From Felis catus (lineage: Eukaryota): a DNA stretch of 64,000 bases. How positions within the stretch are numbered: the stretch's first letter is position 1; every line of letters starts with the position of its first letter. Positions 1 to 13,271 of this stretch are shown here, piece after piece. Position numbers and translations under genes: made by a program. The stretch spans positions 26,166,001 through 26,230,000 of the forward strand of contig NC_058383.1 in assembly GCF_018350175.1 (NCBI RefSeq). The letters are read 5' to 3'. The notes below the pieces were generated by a model. It saw only the letters and a list, made by a program, of their open reading frames with translations, had not been told where the DNA came from and made no database searches.

Positions 1-748
1 GGAATCCAACCAGGCAGGGCTTTGAGGGGCCTGGGCATGGGGTTGGGGAACCCGTCAGCTTTATTTTTTCATCTGTAAAATGGGAATGGCAACAGTACCT
101 CCCTCAGTCTGAGTGAGCAGCTGTGGCCAGCTGGGTGACAGCGAGGTGTGGCGAATCTGGGATGGTCTCAGCTGGGTTGATCATCCTCTGCTGCAATGGT
201 CTCATCCTCCAGTGGGTTAGCATTGGGCTTGTTCACAAGGCAACAGCTGGGAGCCAGAGAGCAGCAGAAGCCAGCGAGGCTTAGGAAGGGGCACAGCATC
301 ACTTCTGCTGCATCCTCTTGGTCCGAGCAGATCACAAGGCCGACCCAGATCCATGAGTGCGTGTGAAACTCTCCACACAGTGCCTGGTGCACAGGAAATG
401 CTCTGTAAATGCGATTATTATTGTTGTTGCTATTGATGTTATCATCGTGCATTTGCATAGTGCTTTATACTTTTCAAAGTTTTGTCCTATACATCATTAT
501 AGCCTACACTGTGTGAAGAGAGTTGGGGCAAATGGTACCAGCCCCATTTGACAAATGTGGAAGAGTTCACATAACTGTCTCAGGTCACACATTTAGCTGG
601 TGGCTGCAGCCAAACACTAGAACTCAGATATCATGTAACCTAACGCATATTTGCACACACATCTGCTGAAAGTGAACCCATTTGTGGATGATGTCGTCAT
701 CCCGAGCACCGTCCTGGTAAACAGAATAATTTAGATACAAATGTTTTA

Positions 749-983
749 GGGGCGCCTGGGTGGTTCAGTCAATTGGGCATCCGACTTCAGCGCAGGTCAT
801 GATCTCACAGCCTGTGAGTTCAGGCTCCACGTCGGGCTCTGTGCTGACAGCTCGAGCCTGGAGCGCGCTTCAGATTCTGTGTCTCCCTGTCTCTCTGCCC
901 CTCCCCCACTCATGCTCTGTCTCACTCTGTCTCTCAAAAATAAATAAATGTTAAAAAAAATTTTTTTAATACATTAAAAAAAA
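749..983 (+). mobile_element. CanSINE (Felidae type)
   Basis: GGGGCGCCTGGGTGG head, (CT)n, A tail; TSD agatacaaatgtttt at 733-747 and 984-998. Confidence 0.92.
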
Positions 984-1134
984 AGATACAAATGTTTTTG
1001 TCTGTGGCACAGGCTAGTGACCATCTGCTAGGTTTGTGTATGGCCTCTGAGACTCAAGTTCTCCTATGCAAGTTTTGTGTTTTTGGCTCCCAGTCTCAGT
1101 GGGGTCACTGATGATTCTCTTTTTTCTTGCTCAG

Positions 1135-1378
1135 AGAACCTCTCGTTGGACTCCAGTTGCTTTTCCTCTCCACCTGTGAATTTCCTTCAAGAATTGCCAA
1201 GCTATCGGTCCATTGCACGCAAGAGGACGACCATTCCTACCCGAGAGAAGCAAAGTGGCACTTTGCTAAAGCCGACAGACTCTTACAGCTCCCAGTTGGA
1301 GGGAGGAATCACTGAAAACCTCAATAGCCAATCGATTCGGAAGTATGCACTGAACATCTCTGAGAAGCGGAGGCTAAG
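1135..1378 (+). CDS. TMC7: TMC7 exon 2 (244 nt)
   Basis: ttgctcag|AGAACC...CTAAG|gtttgt; [10 protein letters not shown]...EKRRLR. Confidence 0.95.
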
Positions 1379-1584
1379 GTTTGTTCAGTAGCCATCTGGA
1401 AGGCATTTGATGTATGTTTTAGGCACGGTGTGTTGTATGCATGGAATGCATTTCCTGAAGAGTTCACGTAATTAGAAATGTATTACTTAAGGTAATCCAC
1501 ACCGCAGTGACAAAGTTACCCGAACATGTAATAACTCAACATATTAGAAATTTCTTTCTTTTTTTTTTTAATGTTTTATTTATT

Positions 1585-1626
<42 letters not shown>

Positions 1627-3352
1627 CACAAGAAGCAGGTCGGGGAGGGGCGCAGAGAACAGAGGATCAAAACAGGCTCTGTACTGACAGCACAGAGCCA
1701 CATGCAGGGCTGGAACTCACAAATGGTGAGATCGTGACCTGAGCTGCTGAGCTGAAGTCAGACACTCAATCAGCTGAGTCACCCAGGCGCCTCTAGAAGT
1801 TTATTTCTTGTTCACATAAAAGTCCTGGGTTCAGATCAAAGGGGAACTTTGTAGTCATTCAGGGACCCAGGCTCCCTCCGTCTTGTAGCTCTGCAGACCC
1901 CCAAAGCCTCATCATCTGTAGTTACTCCTCTCTGTTTCCCCTCCCCTCAGCTACTAATCTACTCTTTGTCTTTAGATTTGCCATTCTGGACATTTCATAT
2001 ACATGGAATCTTACAACATGTGACCTTTTGTACCTGGCTTCTTTCACTTAGCATCATGTTTTCAAAGTTCATCCAAGTGGTGGTGTATATCAGTATGCAG
2101 TTCCCTTTTTTTGCCTTTAACAAGGAGTGGCTTTATTTATTTATTTATTTTCTGATTTGAATATTTTATTTTATTTTATTTTTTTAATGTATGAAATTTA
2201 TTGTCAGATTGGTTTCCATACAACACCCAGTGCTCATCCCAAAAGATGCCCTCTTCAGTACCCATCACCCACCCTCCCCTCCCTCCCACCCCCATCAACC
2301 CTCAGTTTGTTCTCAGTTTTTAAGAGTCTCTTACGATTTGGCTCCCTCCCTCTCTACCTTTTTTTTTCTTCTTCCCCTCCCCCATAGACTTCTGTTAAGT
2401 TTCTGAAGATCCACATAAGAGTGAAAACATATGGTATCTGTCTTTCTCTGTATGACTTATTTCACTTAACATAACACTCTCCAGTTCCATCCACGTTGCT
2501 ACAAAGGGCCATATTTCATTCTTTCTCATTGCCACATAGTATTCCATTGTGTATATAAACCACAATTTCTTTTTCCATTTGTCAGTTGATGGACATTTAG
2601 GCTCTTTCCATAATTTGGCTATTGTTGACAGGGCTGCTGTAAACATTGGGGTACAAGTGCCCCTGTCCATCAGCACTCCTGTATCCCTTGGGTAAATTCC
2701 TAGCAGTGCTATTCCTGGGTCATAGGGTAGGTCTATTTTTAATTTTTTGAGGAACCTCCACACTGTTTTCTAGAGCGGCTGCACCAGTTTGCATTCCCAC
2801 CAACAGTGCAAGAGGGTTCCCATTTCTCCACATCCTCTCCAACATCTATACTCTCCTGATGTGTTCATTTTAGCCACTCTGACTGGGGTGAGGTGGTATC
2901 TGAGCGTGGTTTTGATTTGCATTTCCCTGATGAGGAGTGATGTTGAGCATCTTTTCATGTGCCTGTTGGCCATCTGGAGGTCTTCTTTAGAGAAGTGTCT
3001 ATTCATGTTTCCTGCCCATTTCTTCACTGGATTATTTGTTTTTCCTTTTTTTTTTTTTTAAGTTTACTTATTTGTCTTGAGAGAGAGAGGAAGAGTGTGC
3101 ACGCGTGCTCATGAGCCTAGGAGAGGGGCAGAGAAAGAGGGAGAGAGAGAGAATCCCAAGTGGATTCTGCACTGTCATGCAGGGCTTAATGTCACGAACT
3201 GTGAGATCATGACCTGATCTGAAATCAAGAGGCAGATGCTAAGCTTATTGAGCCACCTAGGCACCCCCCCTTTTTAAAAATTTTTTTTAATGTTTATTTA
3301 TTTTGAGAGAGGGAGAGATAGAGCACAAGCAGGGGAGGGGCAGAGATACAGG

Positions 3353-3402
<50 letters not shown>

Positions 3403-5696
3403 AAGAAAGAGAATCCTAAGCAGGCCCCACAGTCAGTACAGAGCCAGATGTAGGGCTCAAACTCAAGAACCAAAAGGTCATGACCTGTGCTGAAACCAAG
3501 AGTCAGATGCTTAACCAACCGAGCCACCCTGGTGCCCCAATATGCCATTCCTTTTTATGGTTGAATGATATTTCATTGTATGGTTGTGCCTCATTTTGTT
3601 TGTCCATTCATCCATTGGTGGACATTGGGTTGTTTCTGCCTTTCAGTTCTTGTGAATAGTGCTGCTATGAAAATTTATGTACAAGTTTTTGTTTGAGACC
3701 CTGTTGTCAGTTCTTTTGGGGGTATCTACCTGGGGGTAGAATTGCTGGGTCATATCAGAATTCTGTGTTTAACATTTTGAGGAATATCCAGACTGTTTTC
3801 CTTAGCGGCTGCAGCATTTTACACTTCCACCAGCAGTGTATGAGGGCTCCAGGTTTTCCACATCCTGTCGGCTGGGATTTTATTTGATGCTGAGGCTTGA
3901 TGACCTTGTCATGATCATTGTCATGACTTTTATTTATTTATTTATTTATTTTGAGAGAGAGAGCGAGTAGGCGCATGGGGAGGGGCAGAGAGACAGAGGG
4001 AGGGAGGGAATCCCAAGCAGGCTCCATGCCTTCAGCACTGAACCTCAGGCAGTGCTCAATCCCACGAACTGTGGAATCATGACCTGAGCCGAAATGAAGA
4101 ATCGGACGCTTAACTGACTGAGCCACCCAGGCGCCCCTGTCATGACTGTTTTTTAATGCAGGAACATTCAGGAGACCCAGATGAAGTATTTATCTGAGTG
4201 GGACCAGTGGAAACGGTATAGCAGCAAGTCTTGGAAGAGGTTCATAGGGAAGGCTCGCGAGATGACGACCCACCTGGAGCTGTGGCGGGACGACATTCGC
4301 AGCATAGAAGGTACCACGCCCCACACTCTGCGCACGGGCTCCGCGCTCCTTGGCAGAAGTCTCCCGTGCCCGGCGGAAAGTACAGCTTCGTTTTCTCTAA
4401 CCTCTAGATGAAATTTAGCACTTCTTTCTGTGATGAATGGGAGCAACAGCCCCAGTTAGGATTAGCAGAACCTGTGTCTTTGTCAGCTGGAAAATCAGAT
4501 ATTTTCCTATCCCTTCTGGCTGTAATTGTCTTGGAACACCATTTATGCTCGTCACTACTTTGAAATTGTAGCAGTTAACCTGCAGGATCTGCCACTAGGT
4601 CTTGTTATTTAATGTGCTAATGAAGATGCTCCTATATTATTGTAGCACACGTTTGGTTTTCCATATTATAACCGGCTTTTAATATTATAACCATAGGTCT
4701 ATTTGTATTTGGGGCATTTAAAATATTATTCTGAAATAGGGTTCATTAGGCTTCACTGGACTGCCAAAGGTGCCCGTGGCCCTGAAAATACCGAGGATCC
4801 GTCCTTCCCCATATTGGGGGGAATTGGGCTGCAGGATTCCAACAGTCAGCTCTGGTTGCTCTAATCAGATACTATAGACAGGGTGGCCTCAATGACAGAA
4901 ATTTATTTTTTTATAGTCTGGAGACTGGAAGTTCAAGACCAGGCTGCCTTCTCGCTGTGTCTTTACATGACCTCATCTTTGTGTGCTCTTGGGAAAAGAG
5001 GGGAGAGGGGGGTGGTGAGAGAGCTTCAGTTCTGACGCCTCTTCTCGTAACGTCACCGATCCCATCATGGGGCCCCACTCTTACAACTTCATCTAAACCT
5101 AAACACCTCCCAAAGACTCCACCTCGAAATACCATCAGATTAGGGCTTAGGGATTCAGCATATGAATTTCAGGGAGGGAGGAGACACAATTCATTCCATA
5201 GCAAGTATACAAAAAATTGCAAGTTGTGCCACAATATAAGATTAGGAAGAAACATTTCAACATTTGGGTGACATAGCAGGGCCAGGGAGAAAATACCTCT
5301 TAGGGTTACGTAGCCATAAAGCAAAAACAATTTACAAACAACTCCTCAAATCTGCTAAAGTGGGAATTTTGTAAAGTTTGTAGTGAATGTGGCAGGATGA
5401 ATGGAAGAAATGCAGTCAATATTCCTATTTTAAGACCTATAAAATACTCTTGGTAATTTATTCAATAAAATGCTTTTTAAAATTGTTTTATTGGGAGAAT
5501 ATAAACACAATCACAAGGGACTTCATAGGCTCACTTAAAACTTAACCATCTGGGGGGGTGCCTGGGTGGCTCAGTCGGTTAAGCATCTGACTGCAGCTCA
5601 GGTCATTATCTCATGGTTTGTGGGTTCGAGACCCACATCGGGCTGGCTCTGTGCTGATAGAAAGTCTGTGTCTCCCTCCCTCTCTGCCCCTCCCCT

Positions 5697-5732
<36 letters not shown>

Positions 5733-8700
5733 CCCCTCCTCCCCCCTTCAAAAATAGACATTAAAAACAAACAAACTTAACCATTTAGCCGTACTTTTTT
5801 TGCGATCTAAGCACAACATCATGTTTGGAGCAAAATAATAAAAGCTGACCCCAGTTGAGCCTTTATTATCCAGTAGGTGTTGTGTTAAAGATTTCACTCA
5901 TAACTAGCTTAGTTAATCCTCACAAGAACTTTTCATATAGGTATTTATCATTCGCATGGCTCTGATGGGTTAAAATACTTGGCCAGGTTCACTCAGCTAG
6001 GATGAGGCAGCCCCAGGATTTGAAGGATTTGATCCTGGCGGTCAAGCTTCCATGCCCAGCTTCCTTTCTGGTTTAGTGATGGCCTTTCTGGAGGTTTTCA
6101 TTCAGAAAGGGGCTTGTGAGAATTCAGAAACGGGTTCATACAGTCATGGTCAGTTACAAAAGCACCTATTGCAATTCATGGGGGAAAGGGTAGCCTTTTT
6201 AGTAAGTGATGCTGAGTCAATTAGATATTCATATAAGAAAAGATACTGAGTCCTACCACACACCATTGTCAAATAGCTAATTCAAGATGGAGTGTAGATT
6301 TACAAGTGAAAGAAGGAGAGACTTAAAGCCAACAGCAGATATACAAAATGTTTCTTCCCCCCTCCCCCACCAAGTCCCTCAACTTTCTGGCTGATTGGAT
6401 GTATTGCGGGTAGTGCGTGTGGGTCGATGGTCCTGGTTGGTGATGTCTGGATTTCTTTTTTCCAGGGAAGTTTGGCACTGGGATTCAGTCCTATTTCTCC
6501 TTCTTGCGGTTTCTGGTGTTGCTGAACTTGGTGATCTTTCTGATTATCTTTATGCTGGTTTTGCTCCCCGTCTTGCTCACCAAATACAACATCACCAACA
6601 GTACCTTTGTGCTCATTCCGTCCAAAGACACGGGTGAGTCTGAGGCCTGGTTTGATGTGAGAATGTTCTTGTCACTGTGTGCCTATCTACCACTTGGGAG
6701 GAGCACTGTGGGCTAGGAAAGTGGAATATTTAGCAAGCATGATATAACCTACTCCAATAACTTTATTTCGAGACTTTTATCTCTGATAATGGTGACACTC
6801 AGTTCCCACCAGTTATGTGCCAGACATTATAGCAAGTGCCGGACGTGTGTTTCTTTACTGAATGCTCAACAGAAGTCACATCTTTTGGGCATTCTGTTTA
6901 TTCTAATGTGGAGGGTTTCTGTCATCCACAGACATTTATCAATTCCCTTCTTGATTCCTAGCTCTGTGCTAGGGGCCAGAAGTAGGGTGAGCTGAGTCAG
7001 TGCCAACTTATGTTAGAATTATAAAATGGGAGAACTGGAAATTAGCCTTGGAGGAACTGGTACAACAATTTTTTTTTTTTTTTTTTTTTTTTTTTAGTAG
7101 CATTCACACCCATTGTGGAGCCCAATGCAGGGCTTTAAGTCACCACCATGAGTTCCAGACCTGAGCTGAGATCAAGAGTCAGATGCTTAACTGACCGTTA
7201 ACTTTCTTCTTTTCACAAAGGGGAACTGAGGTTCAGAGAAGGGTTCAGAGATTCAGGGTTCAGAGGTTCAGAGATTGGGTTATTTTCCTCAATTTGTCAC
7301 TCCCCTGTAATTGTGACTTTGTAGGGCATCCCACTGTGGCAGAGAATACTTTCTGCCCTGTTGGTATTGCAGTTGGCCATGTGACTTGTTTTGTCCAGAG
7401 GAATATTAGCTTGAAATGGTTTATGTGGTTGACTTGTCTATGAGAAGAGTCCTGGGGAGGGCCCATTGCCTCAGCCTGGGCCCCAGAATGAAGTGATATG
7501 GTGTAGACTTGAGCCCAACTGGAAGACTGGAGTCCGTCCTAGCTCAGCCTAAATCAGCTACATGAGCTCAAACTGTAGCTCCATGAATGAGAAAATATAT
7601 ATTTAGTATGTTTAGTAACTGAGACTTTGAAGTTATTTGTTACATAGCAAAGGTAACTGATACAGAAAAAGTAAATTAGCTGTTCAAGGATAAGGTAGTT
7701 TCACTAAAATTAGTATTCAGATAATCCCTTGATCATTTGTACGTATGTAAATATAGGTTGTTTTAATGAAGCTGCATGTTTATTTACACACCTGGAACGA
7801 TCTTTTAAAATTGGATGTGCTTACAATGGAATAACAATACATCAATCACATATTCCAAAACACGTGCAAACATGAACCCCAAAGCACAAAATACCAATAC
7901 AAACAAAACACATGCTCTAAGTAGACCCACATACATGTACAGAAACATGTACAGAAAAAGACACACATCCACAGATGTGTAGGGAGAATAGCGAGAGGGG
8001 AAAATGCTGCTGTTCTTGGTGTATTGAGGTTTGGACTGCAGACAGAAAACCACAAGTTCATAAACACATCCACACATAATTATATGTGACATGTCTAAAT
8101 ATATATACATATGCATGCATATGTACACAAATTATGATAGACAAATTGTAGAGATTGTGAAACTATTTCCACTGACGTTCTTGTTTTTGTTTTTTCACAG
8201 ATGTTCAATGCACAGTGTATCCAATAAGTAGTTCTGGACTCATTTACTTTTATAGTTATATCATAGACTTGCTCTCTGGCACTGTAAGTATTTCACATAA
8301 TTCTGTATTTGGACCCTCGATATACTGCAAATAGGTTAATTTAAAATTTTTAAAAATGTTTATTTATTTTTGAGACAGAGACAGAGTATGAGCAGGGGGG
8401 AAGCAGAGAGAGAAGGAGACACAGAATCGGAAGCAGGGTCCGGGCTCTGAGCTGTCGGCACAGAGCCCAGTGTGAGGCTCAAACCCACGAACCGTGAGAT
8501 CATGACCTGAGCCGAAGTCAGACACGTAACTGACTGAGCCCCCGAGGTGTCCCAAAAAATAGGTTAACTTAAAGATCAGTTTCCTGAGTATCTGTGGTGA
8601 GCCAAACACAAGAGTTGACCACCGTCGGCAAGGATAATGTTCACCCACCTGCTGCTAGATTATACAGGAAATGGGCTTTGTCACTTTCAGCCTTTGGCCT

Positions 8701-11700
8701 TTCCTTAGTCCCTGACACCTTTGTATTGACCTATAGCAGAATACTGAGCTCTCCCACAGAAAGAAGTTTCAGTGAAAATAAACCCAAATAGAATTTATTT
8801 AATTTCTCAGACATTGTAATACCTTACATTTTGGGGTCTTCAACCACCCGGTTGAAAGCCTGGACTCTTCCTCCCAGAAATTACACACAAAGACCTGAGT
8901 CACACACACGTTTGTACACATCCATACACATTCCCTGAAATCCGGAGTTGATTAATCCCAGGTTAACCCCCTGCTCTAAAGTGGAACTAATCTCCTCCTT
9001 GCTATAGTAGTTCCAAAGGGTTTTTATCTTCTTTCTTCTAAAAAAAAAAAAAAAAAAAGATTTTTTTTGTGCGCTTCCATTTGTTTATCCCACTTTTTCC
9101 AGGAAATGAGATTGCAGCTATGGAAAATGGCCATCTCTGCCTTCTAGACCAGTTTTTCTCAACCTCAGCACGACTGATATTTGAGAGCCATACTTCTTTG
9201 TTGTGGGGGCCGTCCTGTGCACTGTAGGAAGTACAGCAGTGTCCCTGGCCTCTACCTACTGGACGCCCGTAGCAGCCACAGTTGTGACAATCAAAAATGT
9301 CTCCGGACATTGCCAGATGTTTCCTGGGGGACAAAATTGCCTCTGGTTAGGAACCACTCCTTTAGAGGGGTGCCTGGCTGGTTCAAAATAGAGCCTGTGA
9401 CTCTTGATCTCACGGTTGTGAGTTCTAGCCCCATGTGGGGCATGGAGCCTACTTAAAAAAAAAAAAAAAAAAAAAAAGAACCACTCCTTTAGATGTTTAA
9501 AAAATACAAACATATAGGGGCCTCTGGGTGGCTCAGTCGGTTAAGCGTCCAACTTCGGCTCAGGTCATGATCTCGCGGTTTGTGAGTTCGAGCCCCGCGT
9601 CGGGCTCTGTGCCGCCAGCTCAGAGCCTGGAGCCTGCTTCGGATTCTGTGTTTCCCTCTCTCTCCCCTCTGCCGCGTGCACTCTGCCTCTCGCATTATCT
9701 CAAAAATAAATAAACATTAAAAAAAAATAAAAAATACAAATATATAAAAAGTCTTTCTGAAAGTTACCAGTCTTCATTTTATTTATTTATTTTTATTTTA
9801 TTTTTTAAATAGACTCCATGCCCAGCATGGAACCCAGCCCAGGGCTTGAAATCACGACCCTGAGATCAAGACTCAGGTCTGATCAAGAGTCAGACACTTA
9901 ACCAACGAAGCCACCCAGGTGCCCCTGAAAGTTACTTCTGCTTTACCGAATGTGCAAAGCTTTGAATTTGTCCATTGCATTTGATTTCGAAAAAGTGGTT
10001 TTTACATCTCTGAGCTTATGTTTTTCTCACAGCAATTGAGAGGAATTATCAGACACGTGTTAAAATGTCCACTATGCAAAAGAAGAAACAGAAGCTGTAT
10101 AAAATATGCAAGGGGGAAAGAAATTCAGTGAGTAACCCAAGGTCGCTAATGATAGCAAAGTGGGACCAAATTCCCAGAACTGCTGTTAGGCCCCTTTCTG
10201 TAAATTACATTCCACAAGAAAAGTTTCTTTTTATAGATCTCCACACACCATAACCTTTTTCCTTATAGGAGAAATTATAGGAGGCTTAGATGCACTTGAT
10301 CATAAATGTTTAGCATACCATGATAAAAGGAGAGATGGCCAGAGAGGTTAAACAATGGCTTGTCTTTGCTGAAAACAGTTGAACTCATGATCAAATCAGA
10401 TAAATCTTTTTCCAGGCCCACTGGATCTTGGCCCTATAATGTTACATTATTTTGAAGGGGAGATACTGATGACAGACAGCCCTGATACCGACCTGGGCCA
10501 ATGAAAACAGGTTTCGTGTAGTTGGGAAAGTTTTTGTAGCCTGTGTACCCAGCCTTCAGAAGAATTAAAGATAGAATCTTCTGTTTCTACGTTTTTATTT
10601 CTAATAAAAATTGACTTAAGGGAAGCCATGATCTCGTGGTTCGTAAGTTCAAGCCCTGTATCAGACTCGAAGCAGAGCCTGCTTGGGATTCTCTCTCTCT
10701 GCCCTTCACTCACTCTCAAAATAAATAAATATATGTAAACATGTATTTAAATACTCAATATAACAATATATGGTTATCATAAAAAATACAAAATTTATAG
10801 AGTAAAAAGTGAAAGTACCTCTCCCCAGAGGCCACCTAACCTTTAACACTGGTTCATAGCCTTCTTGACCTTTCTTGTGACCTTCTGGTTCACAGCTTTT
10901 TTGACTTTACTCTCTACCTTACTTTATATGGTCTTACTTCCTATTTTATAATATGGATTTTTCATGGTCCAGACAGCCTTCTATTGCTTCCATATTCCTC
11001 CTTTATAAATGATACTATACTGAACATCTGTGTACCTTGTATACTATTCCTGCTTTCTGTATATATTCCCTTTCCACTCTCCTACAGTTTTCCTGCTGTC
11101 AAAGGAGAAGAGTGAGGTGTTTGGTTATTCCCACCCTGAGTAGTCTGGGGGCTTTTCTACGCTATATTTTCACATAGGGCGCCTTTGGGGTTTTTGTTTT
11201 GTTTTGGTTTGGTTTGGTTTTGGTCTTGTTTGGTTTTGGTGAGAGCTTTATTGAGATATAGTTCATGTATCATATAGTCCATTTAAAGTGCACAATTCCG
11301 TGGTTTTTCTGTGTGCCATCATTGCCAATCTTAGAACACTTTCATCACCTCAAAAAGAAATGTTGTGCCCTTCACGTATCACCTACCAATCCTAACCAGC
11401 CCTGAGCAACCATTAATCTACCTTTGTGTACAAAATGCTCATTCCTGACATTTCATATACATGGAATCATACAATAGGTGTTTTTTTTTTTTTTTTTTTT
11501 TGTCTCTGGCTTCTTTCATTTAGAGTGTTTTTAAAGGTTCACCCATGTTGTGGCATCTCTCAGTCTTGTTCCATTGGAACAAGATTCCAGTTGTGTAGAT
11601 TCCATTAGTAAGATTCCATTGTGTAGATACACCACATTTTGTTTATCCATTCACAGTGGACAGTTGGATTGTTTACAACTAGTGATTCCACACCTATACC

Positions 11701-13215
11701 TAGGAGTGAGATCACTAGGTCAAATGGTAACCCTGTGTTTAACTTGTTGAGGAACTGCCAGACTTTTCCAAAGCAGCTGCACCATTTTCCATTCTCACCT
11801 GTAATGTTTGAGGATTCTGATGTCTCCACATTCTTATCAACACTTGCTATTTACTGACTTTTTGATTATAGCCACCCCAGTTTGTGTGAAAGTGGAACCT
11901 CTTTGTGATTTTGATTTGCATTTCCCTAATGACTAATGGTGTTGAGCATCTTTTCATGTGCTTACTGACCATTGTGTATCTTCTTTGAATAAATGTGTAT
12001 TTGGATCCTCCTTCCATTTTTATTTTTTTTTTTTTATTTTTTTTTAATTTTTTTTAACGTTTATTTATTTTTGAGACAGAGAGAGACGGAGCATGAACAG
12101 GGGAGGGGCAGAGAGAGAGGGAGACACAGAATCTGAAACAGGCTCCAGGCTCTGAGCTGTCAGCACAGAGCCCGATGCGGGGCTCGAACTCACGGACCGT
12201 GAGATCATGACCTGAGCCGAAGTTGGACACTTAACCGACCGAGCCACCCAGGCGCCCCGCCTCCTTCCATTTTTAATTGGATTCTGTCTTTTTATTGTTG
12301 AGCTATAAGAGTTCTTTTTTTTTTTTTCTTTTAAGATTTTCTTTTTAAGTAATCTCTACACCTAACGTGGAACTTGAACTCACAACACCGAGATCAAGAG
12401 TCTCATGCTCTATCGACTAACCAGCCGGGATCCCCAGAGATTCTTTATATATTCTAGATATAAGGTCCTTATCAGACACATGGTTTACAAGTATTTGCTT
12501 CTATTCTCTGGATTGTGTTTTCACTTTCTTGATAGTATCCTTTGAAGCATAAAAGTTTTTAATTTTGATGAAGTCCAATTTATTTTTTCTTTTATTGCTT
12601 GTGCTTTTGGTGTCATAGTTAAGAATTTGTGGACAAATTCAAGGTCATGGAGACTTTAGTCCTCTATTTTCCTGTAAGAGTTTTCTAGTTTGGGCTCTTG
12701 CATTTAAGTTTTTGATCCATAAGTTAATTTTTATATATAGGGTGATGTAGGGGTTCAGCTTCTTTTTCTTTTCTTTCTTTTGCATCTGCTACCCAGCTGT
12801 CTTAGTACCATTTCTTGAAAAAACCATTCTTTCCCTTTATCAAAAATCAATTCATCATAGATGTATTTGCCTCAATTGTATTCCATTCATCTATGTCTAT
12901 TTTTATATTACTACCACAATGTATTGATGAGTGTTGTTTTATAGTAAGTGAAATTGGGATGTGTGAGTCTTCCAACTTTATTATTCTTTTTCAAGATTGT
13001 TTTGGCTATTCTGGGCCCCTTACAATTCAATGTGAATTTTAGGATTAGCTGGTAAATTACTGCAAAGAAGCCACCAGGGATTCTGATACAGATGTGCTGA
13101 ATCTGTAGATTACTTTGGAGATTGCCATTATTCGCCTGATCCATGAACATGGGATGTTTTCCACTTATTTAGATGTTTAATTTTTCTTAACAATGTTTGA
13201 TAGTGTTAAGAATGT

Positions 13216-13271
<56 letters not shown>

